Assembly: GCA_007134865.1 (NCBI GenBank) | Contig: SLJW01000083.1 | Coordinates: 1-54,579 of the forward strand | Reading direction: 5' to 3' | DNA: 54,579 bases | Origin: Paracoccaceae bacterium | GTDB lineage: Bacteria; Pseudomonadota; Alphaproteobacteria; Rhodobacterales; Rhodobacteraceae | In this document: positions 42,182-51,372 of the stretch, in pieces | Position numbering within the stretch: the first letter of the stretch is position 1 | Layout: the number at the start of each line of letters is the position of its first letter | Position numbers and translations under genes: made by a program | Notes under the pieces: generated by a model | What the model was told of the DNA's origin: nothing | Database searches by the model: none | The model's input: the letters and a program-made list of their open reading frames with translations, nothing else

Positions 42182-42810
42182 GCGTCCGTCTTATCCTCTC
42201 CGGTGGCGTATCCACCGATTTCCTTGCGCAGCCCTGCCAGTCTTGCCGCTTCCTCTACAACAGCTTGAGCCAGTCCGCCAGCGCGAAGCGCGGCATGTAT
42301 CACATGATCACGCGCAAATGCAAAACCCAATTCCCGCGCGCTCAGGCAGGTCACATGACTTTCAAGACCCGCAGGAGGCCGCAGCTTTGTCTTGCCCCGT
42401 TCCGAGCCATCATATGCCTGCATCAGCACCGCCATCTCACCCCGAAGCGCCAGATCGCGGCATTTCTCATAACCTGCCACTGCGTGGCCACTCTTGCGCG
42501 TGAGCGAGATCAGTTCCAGCACGCGGGCGCGCAACAACTCCTCGACAAGATCTGCGAGCCGCTCAGGAACAGTGACCGCCTGTCGGGCCGCACGTGCAAA
42601 GGCTTTCTTGCGCACCGCCATTCCCAGAGCATCCCGGTCGGCGCTGACCCAGATGCCCCGGCCGGGCAATTTCTGCGCCACATCGGGCACGATGGCACCG
42701 TCGGGCCCCACAACGAAACGAACCAACCCCCGAGCGGGTTGCGACTCACCCGTAACAATGCAGCGCCGCTCGGGAACCTCTCGGTCCTTGCGTTTGCCCC
42801 CGCGCGTCAT
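42178..42810 (-). CDS. YlxR/DUF448 RNA-binding protein with L7Ae-like C-terminal part
   Basis: [26 protein letters not shown]; canonical position between nusA and infB. Confidence 0.9.
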   Translation of the reverse strand: MTRGGKRKDREVPERRCIVTGESQPARGLVRFVVGPDGAIVPDVAQKLPGRGIWVSADRDALGMAVRKKAFARAARQAVTVPERLADLVEELLRARVLELISLTRKSGHAVAGYEKCRDLALRGEMAVLMQAYDGSERGKTKLRPPAGLESHVTCLSARELGFAFARDHVIHAALRAGGLAQAVVEEAARLAGLRKEIGGYATGEDKTDA

Positions 42811-42827
42811 GGGCATGGGCGCGCCTT

Positions 42828-44456
42828 TCAGCGCGCCTCCTCCACGACAGCTTCTTCTGCGACTTCTTCACCCTCTTCGGTCTCGTCCACTTCGAGTTCG
42901 GAAGGGTCCACCCAGCCCAACATGACCCGCGCGGTCATCACCAGATGCTGGGCTTCCTCAAGGCTCATGTCGAACGGCTCGAGGAGCCCATCATCCTTGA
43001 CGCGTTGCCCGTCCACAGTTGTCCATCCGCCGGCCAGCTCCCAGTCGGCGCAAGTGGCGAAATCTTCCAGCGTCTTGACCCCGTCCTTGGCCAACGCCTC
43101 GACCATTTGCGGTGAGAGCCCCTCGAACCCGATCAGACTGTCCTCGGCGCCCAGTGCGCGGGCGTTTACCAGCGCGGCACTGGCAATCGCTTCCAGCCGC
43201 TCTCGGGCGCGAGCCTGCAATTCCTCGGCGGTTTCCTCGTCAAACCCGTCAATGGCCAGAAGCTCGTCGATATCGACGTAGCCCACCTCTTCGAGCGAAG
43301 TGAACTCTTCGGCGACCAGAAGCTGCGCCATCATCTCGTCGATATCCAGCTCTTCCATGAACAGCTTGGTGCGCTCGGCGAAAGCAGCCTGACGGCGTGC
43401 GGATTCATCCGATTCGGTCAGGATGTCGATGTCCAGGCCAGTCAACTGACTCGCCAGACGCACATTCTGCCCGCGCCGCCCGATGGCCAGCGAAAGCTGC
43501 TCGTCCGGCACGACCACTTCGATCTTGCCGGCCTCGTCATCGATGACGACCTTGCTGACCTCGGCGGGCTGCAACGCGTTGACAAGGAAGGTTGCCTGAT
43601 CCTCGGTCCAGGGGATGATGTCGATCTTCTCGCCCTGCAACTCATTGACCACCGCCTGCACACGGCTGCCGCGCATACCCACGCAGGCACCAACCGGGTC
43701 GATGGAATTGTCATAGCTGATCACGCCGATCTTCGCGCGCGAACCGGGGTCGCGGGCGACCGCCTTGATCTCGATGATGCCGTCATAAATCTCGGGCACT
43801 TCCATCTTGAACAGTTCGGCCATGAATTCGGGCGCGGTGCGCGACAGGAAGATCTGCGGCCCGCGCGCCTCGCGGCGCACATCCTTGACATAGCAGCGGA
43901 TGCGGTCGCCATTGCGATAGCTTTCGCGACCAATCTTCTCGTTGCGGCGCAGGACGGCCTCGCCCCGGCCGATATCGACGACGATATTGCCATATTCCTC
44001 ACGCTTGACGACACCGTTGATGATCGTGCCCGCCCGGTCCTTGAATTCCTCGTACTGGCGGTCGCGTTCAGCCTCGCGGACCTTTTGCAGGATCACCTGC
44101 TTGGCAGATTGCGCCGCAATCCGGCCAAGTTCAACGGGTGGCACCTGATCCACGATCTCGTCACCCACCTTGGGGTCATCAAGATAGGGCTTCGCCTGCT
44201 GCACGGTCATTTCGGCGTGGTGGTTTTCCAACTCCTCATCGGCGACGACCGTGCGCACGCGGGTGAAAGTGGCAACACCCGTTTTGCGGTCGATGCTGAC
44301 GCGGATATCCATATCGGCTCCGTAGCGCGACTTGGCGGCACGGGCGAGGCTGTCTTCCATCGCCTCGATCACCAGTTCCGGGTCGATCATCTTCTCGCGG
44401 GCCACGGCCTCGGCGGTTTGCAGCAGTTCAAGCTGGTTGGCAGAGGTGATTGCCAT
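42828..44456 (-). CDS. nusA: Transcription termination/antitermination factor NusA
   Basis: GRIAAQSAKQVI, EVPEI, ARDPGSRAK, DPVGACVGMRGSRV, SLAIGRRGQNVRLA. Confidence 0.98.
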   Translation of the reverse strand: MAITSANQLELLQTAEAVAREKMIDPELVIEAMEDSLARAAKSRYGADMDIRVSIDRKTGVATFTRVRTVVADEELENHHAEMTVQQAKPYLDDPKVGDEIVDQVPPVELGRIAAQSAKQVILQKVREAERDRQYEEFKDRAGTIINGVVKREEYGNIVVDIGRGEAVLRRNEKIGRESYRNGDRIRCYVKDVRREARGPQIFLSRTAPEFMAELFKMEVPEIYDGIIEIKAVARDPGSRAKIGVISYDNSIDPVGACVGMRGSRVQAVVNELQGEKIDIIPWTEDQATFLVNALQPAEVSKVVIDDEAGKIEVVVPDEQLSLAIGRRGQNVRLASQLTGLDIDILTESDESARRQAAFAERTKLFMEELDIDEMMAQLLVAEEFTSLEEVGYVDIDELLAIDGFDEETAEELQARARERLEAIASAALVNARALGAEDSLIGFEGLSPQMVEALAKDGVKTLEDFATCADWELAGGWTTVDGQRVKDDGLLEPFDMSLEEAQHLVMTARVMLGWVDPSELEVDETEEGEEVAEEAVVEEAR

Positions 44457-44459
44457 CTC

Positions 44460-45059
44460 TCACTCCTCGGAATGGGGCGCGCCGGGCGCGTCCGCTTCGG
44501 TTTCAATCTCATCAAATTCGGATTCGTCAATTGCACCGCTGGCTTTGCGCGTGCGCAACATCTCGGCGATCAGATCATCGGTCAGCACAAGCTTGGCATC
44601 CGAGAGCCAGTCGAACTGCAGACCGATGGTCACAGTCTCGCCGCCCTCTTCGATCTCGATCAGGACCTCTTCCCCCTCGACCCCCGCCAGCTTGCCCTTG
44701 AAGCGGCGGCGGCCATCAATGAGTTCGGTGGTCTCGACCCGCGCCTCATAGCCTTCCCATGCCTCGAAATCCTTCAGCCTGGTCAGTGGGCGGTCGATGC
44801 CGGGGCTCGAGACCTCAAGTGTATAGGCATCCTCGAGCGGGTCCTCGACATCGAGTGCAGCGGAAACGGCCGCCGAAATGGCCGCGCAGTCATCCACCTC
44901 GATCCCGCCATCAGGACGGTCGGCCATGATCTGCAACGTGCGTGTCTTGCCCGCCATCAGGCGCAAGCGCACCAACTCGAATCCCAGCCCCTCTATGACC
45001 GGTGTCACGATCGCGGCAAGCCGCTGATCCATGCTCGTCTTGGCGATCAGGTCAGACAT
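44460..45059 (-). CDS. rimP: Ribosome maturation factor RimP
   Basis: [36 protein letters not shown]. Confidence 0.97.
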   Translation of the reverse strand: MSDLIAKTSMDQRLAAIVTPVIEGLGFELVRLRLMAGKTRTLQIMADRPDGGIEVDDCAAISAAVSAALDVEDPLEDAYTLEVSSPGIDRPLTRLKDFEAWEGYEARVETTELIDGRRRFKGKLAGVEGEEVLIEIEEGGETVTIGLQFDWLSDAKLVLTDDLIAEMLRTRKASGAIDESEFDEIETEADAPGAPHSEE

Positions 45060-45081
45060 ACGCCCTCCGATGGGCAAAAAC

Positions 45082-45108
45082 AAAAAAACGGGCCACGCGG
45101 CCCGTTTT
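45082..45108 (-). promoter_or_regulatory. rimP leader: terminator/attenuator hairpin in the 5' UTR
   Basis: Minus strand AAAACGGGCC-GCGT-GGCCCGTTTTTTT about 22 nt before the rimP start; matches the known GGGC..GCCC rimP-leader type. Confidence 0.75.
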
Positions 45109-45428
45109 GCTTCCCGGTGGAACCTGCAAGGCAGGTGCCGCTGTTAAGGGGGATATAGGCATCTTGACAGTCAAGCGCAAGCGCTGATTTCTGCAGGTTC
45201 AGATCGACAGCCGATGAGTATCATCGAAAAACGACTCAATTCCGTGTGCCGCTCCTTTACAGTTCAACCGATATTCATCGCCGATCAAGTTGGCGCTCAG
45301 CCTGCGCGTCAGAGCTGCTGCGAACATGCTGGCTGCGCAAAGGGCCCGCATGGCAGAATTTCTGCACTAGCCGAGACAGGTGCTCCATCTGGTGGAAGAC
45401 TCCGGCCATATCGGGAACGGCGCAAGTG

Positions 45429-46604
45429 TCACGCGGAATTCGGGTTCTGGTCTTGCGGCAACCTGCGCCGAGCTATCGCGGCGTGAAAGGCCGCCCCTCC
45501 CAGAAGTGCATCATCGTTAAAGTCATAGACCGGGTTATGCAGTGGCGCAGAACTCTCGCCATTACCAATAAACACAAAGCAGCCGGGCATGTAGTGCAGG
45601 AATCGTGCAAAATCCTCGGAGGCGGTCATTGGCGACTCGGCGACCATCGCTGAGGCAAATTCACCAAGCGTTCTTGCGGCTGCAAGCGCCTCCTCGGCGA
45701 GATGCGCGTCGTTGATGAGAGGAACGAACTCGCGGCTGTATTCGACGTCGACTTCCATATTGTGCGCCTGCGCGATCCCGGCTGCGATAACGCGCATTTG
45801 CTTCTCTATGGTCGCGCTCACTTCGGGCTTGAAGCTACGCGCATCGCCAAGCACGCGAGAAAGCCCGGGAAGCGCGTTTCTCGTGCCGTCGGAGATCAAC
45901 TCGGTGACTGAAACGACTGCGGTTTCGGTGGGGTTGAGCCGTCGCGAGACAATGGTCTGCAGGCTTGTTACCAGAGCGCAGGCCGCAACCAGGGTTTCGT
46001 TTCCCGAATGCGGTCGGGCGGCGTGGCCACCCGTCCCGCGCAGCGTGATCTCAAAGTTGTCCTCTGCCGACATGATCGGACCCGCACAGGTGCGGAATGT
46101 GCCGACCGGAAAGCCCGGCATGTTGTGGATGCCGTAGATCTCATCGAAAGGAAAGCGTTCGAGCAGCCCGTCTTCGAGCATGGCAAGCGCACCCTTTCCC
46201 CATTCTTCGGCGGGCTGGAACACGAAGCGGACAGTGCCATCGAATCCACCCTCCTCAGCGAGCAGTTTCGCTGCGCCCAGCAGCATCGCCGTATGCCCGT
46301 CGTGGCCACAGGCGTGCATGAGGCCTGACACATTTGATCTGTGCCCCACGGTTCCGCGTTCCTCTATCCGCAAGGCATCCATGTCGGCCCGCAGCGCGAT
46401 CACCCGCTTGGATGTTCCGCGCCTTAACGTCCCGACGACCCCAGTGCCACCAATTCCTTCGGCCACTTCATCAAGGCCAAAGCCCCTCAGCATGTCGGCC
46501 ACAAATGAAGCCGTGCGCTGTTCCTCGAAGCCGAATTCCGGATGGCGATGCAGGTCATGCCGCCAGGCGATCATGTCGCGGACGAGCAATTGCGTGTCTG
46601 TCAT
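45429..46604 (-). CDS. M20D amidohydrolase (hippurate hydrolase-like)
   Basis: WRHDLHRHPEFGFEE, LRADMDAL, MHACGHDGH, FQPAEE, GGHAARPH, SEDF, LHNPVYDFND. Confidence 0.94.
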   Translation of the reverse strand: MTDTQLLVRDMIAWRHDLHRHPEFGFEEQRTASFVADMLRGFGLDEVAEGIGGTGVVGTLRRGTSKRVIALRADMDALRIEERGTVGHRSNVSGLMHACGHDGHTAMLLGAAKLLAEEGGFDGTVRFVFQPAEEWGKGALAMLEDGLLERFPFDEIYGIHNMPGFPVGTFRTCAGPIMSAEDNFEITLRGTGGHAARPHSGNETLVAACALVTSLQTIVSRRLNPTETAVVSVTELISDGTRNALPGLSRVLGDARSFKPEVSATIEKQMRVIAAGIAQAHNMEVDVEYSREFVPLINDAHLAEEALAAARTLGEFASAMVAESPMTASEDFARFLHYMPGCFVFIGNGESSAPLHNPVYDFNDDALLGGAAFHAAIARRRLPQDQNPNSA

Positions 46605-46614
46605 TTCCGCGCTC

Positions 46615-46830
46615 CTACCATTCAGCCGCCGACGCCGTCACGCTGGGCAGTGTTCCCGACATGCGCCCTAACAGATCAAAGCCCGTCGCGCCTTCAATAT
46701 TGAGCATCAACCGCTGCGGTTCGCCGGTCAATCCCTCGTCCGCGCCTGCATCATGTTCCACAACGTAGTCAGCCGCACCGACAAGCCCTCGCCGAGGGTG
46801 ACCGTGGCCTTGCGACGCGAAATGCCCCGA
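46615..46830 (-). pseudogene. Possible C-terminal remnant of a PLP-dependent diaminopropionate ammonia-lyase-like gene
   Basis: GLTGEPQRLMLNIEGAT resembles the GL..DSRVL...TEGATD C-terminal motif of that family; the stop lies just before the amidohydrolase RBS. Judged by eye only. Confidence 0.3.
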
Positions 46831-46831
46831 T

Positions 46832-47980
46832 TCAGGTGATGATGACATCGTTCAGGGCATTCGGATGGAAGGTCAGTTGCTCGTATCCATCCGCCGTCAG
46901 ACTGAAACTGTCCCCCACCTGTGCGCGAAAACGCGCGTCAAGCGTCACTGACCCGTCAACTGCGAACACCATGCCGGGCTTCAGTATGGTTCTGTCTCCC
47001 GAAACAAGTTCGGGTTTCTCGAGGAAGCTGAACCCGGTTGCCCGGCCGCAGCGGAACGGGAGTTCATGGCCCGCGCTGCGAATGACCTCGGCATAGGCGG
47101 CATGGACATCCTCTGCCCGAACGCCGGGCCGAAGCACTGACAGCGCTGCCTTCTGGCTCTCGAGCGCTGTTTCGTAGACCCTGGCCTGCGCATCGTCCCT
47201 GATATCGCCGATCCAGAACGTGCGGTCGAAGCCCAGCTTGAAGCGGTGAAAATTGGTCATGCCACAAAAACACATGAACACCGGCTCGCCACGGCGCATG
47301 AGCCTTGTGCTGGCACGGTGGTGGGATTTGGCGGTTTCCGGACCCGACGCCATGATCTGCAGGAAATGGGTGTTGGGGGACATGCGCCCATCGCCGTAAT
47401 GGGTGCGCAGCAGTTCGGCGGCCTTGCGGGTTCCAGCTGCAGAGGCGGCCAGCGCCACCTCGAATTCGGGTACGCCATCGCCGATGGTGGTGCGGGCAGC
47501 GTCCATCATGGTACTTGCGACGAGGCCCGCATGACGGGCGAGCGCAAGCTCTTCCTCGGACTTTATCATCCGCATGTTCTCGATGATCGGGCTTACCGTT
47601 TTCGGATCCGTGACGTCATGTTCGTCAAGGAAGTTGCGAACAACCGCAGGCATCCGCAGCGGCTCGATCGCGATTCTGCGTGCCTTTCCGGCGAGAAGCG
47701 ACAACGCCTCGCCCCACTCCTGGCCAACACCATCGCGCCAATAGGAAATGTGATCGACCTTCGCCGTGGCATCGGCCATGGCCTTTTCCATCGCTGGCGT
47801 GACGAGATGGCTCGGACCATCTGCGAAGACCGCAAGGATTGTCGGACGACCGAATTCCATGTGCAGATAGTCGTAATACCCGGTGAAGTAATAGACACTG
47901 TCGTCATCGGTAATGAACGCCAGGTCGATGCCACCATCCCTGAGGCGTTCACGCAGTATGTTCATCCGTGCTTCGAACAT
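46832..47980 (-). CDS. M24-fold (Xaa-Pro peptidase/creatinase-like) hydrolase
   Basis: Creatinase_N-like DSVYYFTGY, RMIKSEEE, DRT, LRPGV, LKPGMVFAVD. Confidence 0.88.
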   Translation of the reverse strand: MFEARMNILRERLRDGGIDLAFITDDDSVYYFTGYYDYLHMEFGRPTILAVFADGPSHLVTPAMEKAMADATAKVDHISYWRDGVGQEWGEALSLLAGKARRIAIEPLRMPAVVRNFLDEHDVTDPKTVSPIIENMRMIKSEEELALARHAGLVASTMMDAARTTIGDGVPEFEVALAASAAGTRKAAELLRTHYGDGRMSPNTHFLQIMASGPETAKSHHRASTRLMRRGEPVFMCFCGMTNFHRFKLGFDRTFWIGDIRDDAQARVYETALESQKAALSVLRPGVRAEDVHAAYAEVIRSAGHELPFRCGRATGFSFLEKPELVSGDRTILKPGMVFAVDGSVTLDARFRAQVGDSFSLTADGYEQLTFHPNALNDVIIT

Positions 47981-48305
47981 GGCATAGGCCTTCGCTATCC
48001 GGGCGCTTGTGCAAGCTCGCAAGCGAAGCGTTGCGCGGACCCATCACACACTCCATCCAACCTCATGTTGATCACAATACACCGATTCCGCAACGAAGAG
48101 GGCTCGGCGATGCGGACAAAAGGGTTGAAGGCATTGCCTCCCGCATACTTGGATGTCGTCGCTTTTTTTGGATGGGTCAACGTCCCCAAGCGCCGCCCGA
48201 AATGTCGCTCAGCACCGATCTTGCCATAAAGAGGGCAGATCGCCGAGGGGAAATGTGATCATCCGGGATCAAACACCTATACTCGAAATATTCTTCTAAG
48301 ATAAG

Positions 48306-48380
48306 TGGCAGCCCGTAGGGGAATCGAACCCCTCTTTCCAGGTTGAAAACCTGGCGTCCTAACCGATAGACGAACGGGCC
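48306..48380 (-). tRNA. tRNA-Glu(TTC)
   Basis: Minus strand GGCCCGTTCGTCTATCGGTTAGGACGCCAGGTTTTCAACCTGGAAAGAGGGGTTCGATTCCCCTACGGGCTGCCA. Confidence 0.96.
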
Positions 48381-48461
48381 ACGCTCGTGACGGGTGTTTA
48401 TGCAAAGCCATCATGCAGTGCAAGAGGATTTGTCAGGTTTTTTCGGTCAAACTCGCAGCCG

Positions 48462-50219
48462 TCAAACAACCGGATCAGCAGCATCTTCGATCCGGAGTTG
48501 AGGGCGCTGACGACCACCCCATGAATTGATCTCCACGCGTCCGGCAAGATGCATGCGCCGCCCCTCTGCCGCCACCAGCCGCGGGCCGAGCCCAGATTCG
48601 AACGCCCGGAAGGCGACCGCATCGACAGGTGATGCCTGACCATCATCAAAGCGCAATCGAAGGTGGTTTTCACCCATGCGGCGCACCGAGCGAACCGTCA
48701 CGCCAGGAAAAGCGAAGCGTGGGGCCGGAGCGGCTGCGCCAAAAGGGCCTGCGGCTTCGAGTTGTTCGATCATCTCGACCGTCAGCGCGCCCGGCATGAG
48801 CACGCCATCAAGGCGTATCCGGGAAAGGCCACTCTGGCCAGCACCCTGTTGTCCAAGAAGCTCAGCAAGCCGCGCCATGGCATCTTCGATCCGTGCACGC
48901 TCAACTGTCAGGCCGGCAGCCATCCTGTGCCCCCCGCCCTTGAGCAACAGCCCGTCGCGTTCCAGCCGGTGCACTGCAGCACCCAAGTCCACACCCGAAA
49001 CCGACCGCCCCGAGCCCTTGCCCTCTGCCCCATCGAGCGCGATGACCACAGCAGGGCGATCCGTGGCCTCTTTCAACCGCGCCGCGACGATCCCGATAAC
49101 ACCTGGATGCCAGCCCTCGCCTGCTGCCCAGACGAGCGGTCGGTCCAGCCCGCGTCCCTCTGCCTGAGCGAGCGCTGCGGCGCGTACAGTCGCCTCAACC
49201 TCGCGACGCTCGGCATTGAGCTGTTCCAGACGCTCGGCCATGGCGAGAGCCTCGGCAGGGTCCTCACAGGCGAGGAGCCGCGCCCCCAGATCCGCGGCTC
49301 CCAGCCGCCCACCAGCATTGACCCGCGGCCCGAGCACGAAACCCAGATGATAGGCGGCTGGCGCCGTATCAAGCCGCGCCATATCGGCGAGAGCGCGCAG
49401 GCCCACGCGCTCGCGTCGCGCCATCACCCGAAGGCCCTGACGAACGAAAGCTCGGTTCACCCCGATCAGCGGCGCCACATCGGCCACAGTCGCAAGTGCC
49501 ACCAGATCAAGCAGCGCCATCAGGTCGGGTGGGGTCTCACCGGCCAGACGCATCTGTCGATTGGCTTCGACCAGCAGCAGGAAGACCACACCAGCCGCGC
49601 AGAGATGGCCAAGCTCACCGCTTTCATCCTGCCGGTTGGGGTTCACCACGGCATAGGCTGGCGGCAGCGTCTCGCCCCCAAGATGGTGGTCCAGCACGAT
49701 CACATCGGCCCCAGTTGCGGCGTCTATCGGCCCATGGCTCAGTGTGCCGCAATCGACGCAGACAATCAGGGTGTGATCGCGCGCTAACGCCGCCATGGCG
49801 GGTGCATTCGGGCCATACCCTTCGGCGATACGGTCGGGTATGTAGAGAGTGGCCTGCGCACCCAGTGCGCGCAGCCACACCAGCAGCAGGGCCGCTGAAG
49901 CGCCGCCATCGACATCATAATCTGCGAAAACCGCGATCCGCTCCCGCGACCGGACAGCATGCAGGAAACGTGTCGCCGCGCGCTCCATGTCGTGCAAGCT
50001 GCGCGGATCGGGCAGAAGGTCACGCAGGGCAGGCGCAAGAAAACGCTGCGCCTCTTCGGCCGGCACGCCGACCCGAGCGAGCACTGCGCAGACTGCATGC
50101 GGCAACCTTGTCGCCTGCACCAAAGCGTCGCGTGCGCGTTCCTGCGCCGGGTCCGGCCCGACCCAGCGCTGTCCCAGAACTGACGTCTCCACGCCCAGAA
50201 ACGCAGCAGCCTCTGTCAT
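48462..50219 (-). CDS. recJ: Single-stranded DNA exonuclease RecJ
   Basis: DYDVDG, PDRIAEGYG, VDCG, LDHH, ATVADV, PRVNAGGR, GSGRS, GGH.MAAG. Confidence 0.97.
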   Translation of the reverse strand: MTEAAAFLGVETSVLGQRWVGPDPAQERARDALVQATRLPHAVCAVLARVGVPAEEAQRFLAPALRDLLPDPRSLHDMERAATRFLHAVRSRERIAVFADYDVDGGASAALLLVWLRALGAQATLYIPDRIAEGYGPNAPAMAALARDHTLIVCVDCGTLSHGPIDAATGADVIVLDHHLGGETLPPAYAVVNPNRQDESGELGHLCAAGVVFLLLVEANRQMRLAGETPPDLMALLDLVALATVADVAPLIGVNRAFVRQGLRVMARRERVGLRALADMARLDTAPAAYHLGFVLGPRVNAGGRLGAADLGARLLACEDPAEALAMAERLEQLNAERREVEATVRAAALAQAEGRGLDRPLVWAAGEGWHPGVIGIVAARLKEATDRPAVVIALDGAEGKGSGRSVSGVDLGAAVHRLERDGLLLKGGGHRMAAGLTVERARIEDAMARLAELLGQQGAGQSGLSRIRLDGVLMPGALTVEMIEQLEAAGPFGAAAPAPRFAFPGVTVRSVRRMGENHLRLRFDDGQASPVDAVAFRAFESGLGPRLVAAEGRRMHLAGRVEINSWGGRQRPQLRIEDAADPVV

Positions 50220-50304
50220 CACTTAACCTTGTGCCGCGTGACATCGCCTTGCGGCTTCATCTTGCCAATAATACTCGTCTCTGCGCCTGCGGTCAGGCAC
50301 TGGT

Positions 50305-51267
50305 TCAGGCCGGAGTGCGATAACTCATGCGCCGCACCGATCCGGTCTTCGAGCGCATCAGCAAAGTGTCGGTCGTCACCCAGCCCGGTTCTGTCCGAAT
50401 GCCATGCACGATCGAGCCATCCGTGACGCCAGTGGCGGCGAAGATCACATCACCTGTCACCATCTCGTCGCGCGTATAGACGCGGTCAAAATCCTCGATC
50501 CCGGCGCGGCGCGCGCGACCGATCTCATCCTCGTTGCGAAACAGCAATTTCCCATACATCTGACCGCCCATGCATTTCAGCGCTGCAGCGGCCAGAACGC
50601 CCTCTGGCGCACCACCCGAGCCCATATACATGTCGATGCCCGTGATCTGCGGCTCGGCGCAGTGGATCACCCCTGCCACATCACCATCCATGATCAATCT
50701 TATGGCCGCACCGGTCGAGCGGAGATCAGCGATCATCTCCTCATGACGCGGACGCTCGAGGACGCAGACCGATATGTCCTCTGGCTCGCAGCCCTTGGCC
50801 TGCGCCAGTGCACGGACGCGCTCGGCCGGACTCATATCCAGCGTTACAGTGTCGGGCGCATAACCCGGACCGATCGCGAGTTTCTCCATGTAGACATCAG
50901 GTGCATGCAGCATCGTCCCACGCGGGGCCATGGCAATGACAGTCAACGCATTCGGGAAATCCTTGGCGGTGAGCGTCGTGCCCTCCAGCGGGTCAAGCGC
51001 AATGTCGACCTCGGGGCCTTCACCTGTGCCCACTTCCTCGCCGATGTAGAGCATCGGCGCCTCATCCCGCTCGCCTTCTCCGATCACGACAACACCGCGA
51101 ATGTCGAGCATGTTCAACTGGCGGCGCATGGCATCGACCGCGGCCTGATCAGCGGCCTTTTCGTCACCACGACCGACAAGATTGGCCGACGCCAGTGCCG
51201 CAGCCTCCGAGACGCGGGCGAGACCCAGCGACAGCATGCGATCGTGGAATTCCGGTGGCGTGATCAT
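50305..51267 (-). CDS. glpX: Class II fructose-1,6-bisphosphatase
   Basis: VVIGEGERDEAPMLYIGE, DPLEGT, YMEKL, DGDV, GGAPEGVLAA, FAATGVTDG. Confidence 0.97.
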   Translation of the reverse strand: MITPPEFHDRMLSLGLARVSEAAALASANLVGRGDEKAADQAAVDAMRRQLNMLDIRGVVVIGEGERDEAPMLYIGEEVGTGEGPEVDIALDPLEGTTLTAKDFPNALTVIAMAPRGTMLHAPDVYMEKLAIGPGYAPDTVTLDMSPAERVRALAQAKGCEPEDISVCVLERPRHEEMIADLRSTGAAIRLIMDGDVAGVIHCAEPQITGIDMYMGSGGAPEGVLAAAALKCMGGQMYGKLLFRNEDEIGRARRAGIEDFDRVYTRDEMVTGDVIFAATGVTDGSIVHGIRTEPGWVTTDTLLMRSKTGSVRRMSYRTPA

Positions 51268-51372
51268 GGCGCTGTCCCCTCGCGTCTGATTTGTTCTCTG
51301 TCTAGCGGCAAACCGGCGCGGATCACAAGGCTTTGTAGCCACGTCAGCGCAATCAGCAAGATCGGGGCGCGC

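Noticed and set aside
45082-45108. Terminator inside the rimP 5' UTR as a novel attenuator
   Set aside because: Corresponds to the already described rimP leader; listed as a feature.
45214-45428. Short + strand ORFs at the islet edge (e.g. SLRVRAAANML, vaguely like a LysR C-terminus)
   Set aside because: Too little similarity to call without blastx.
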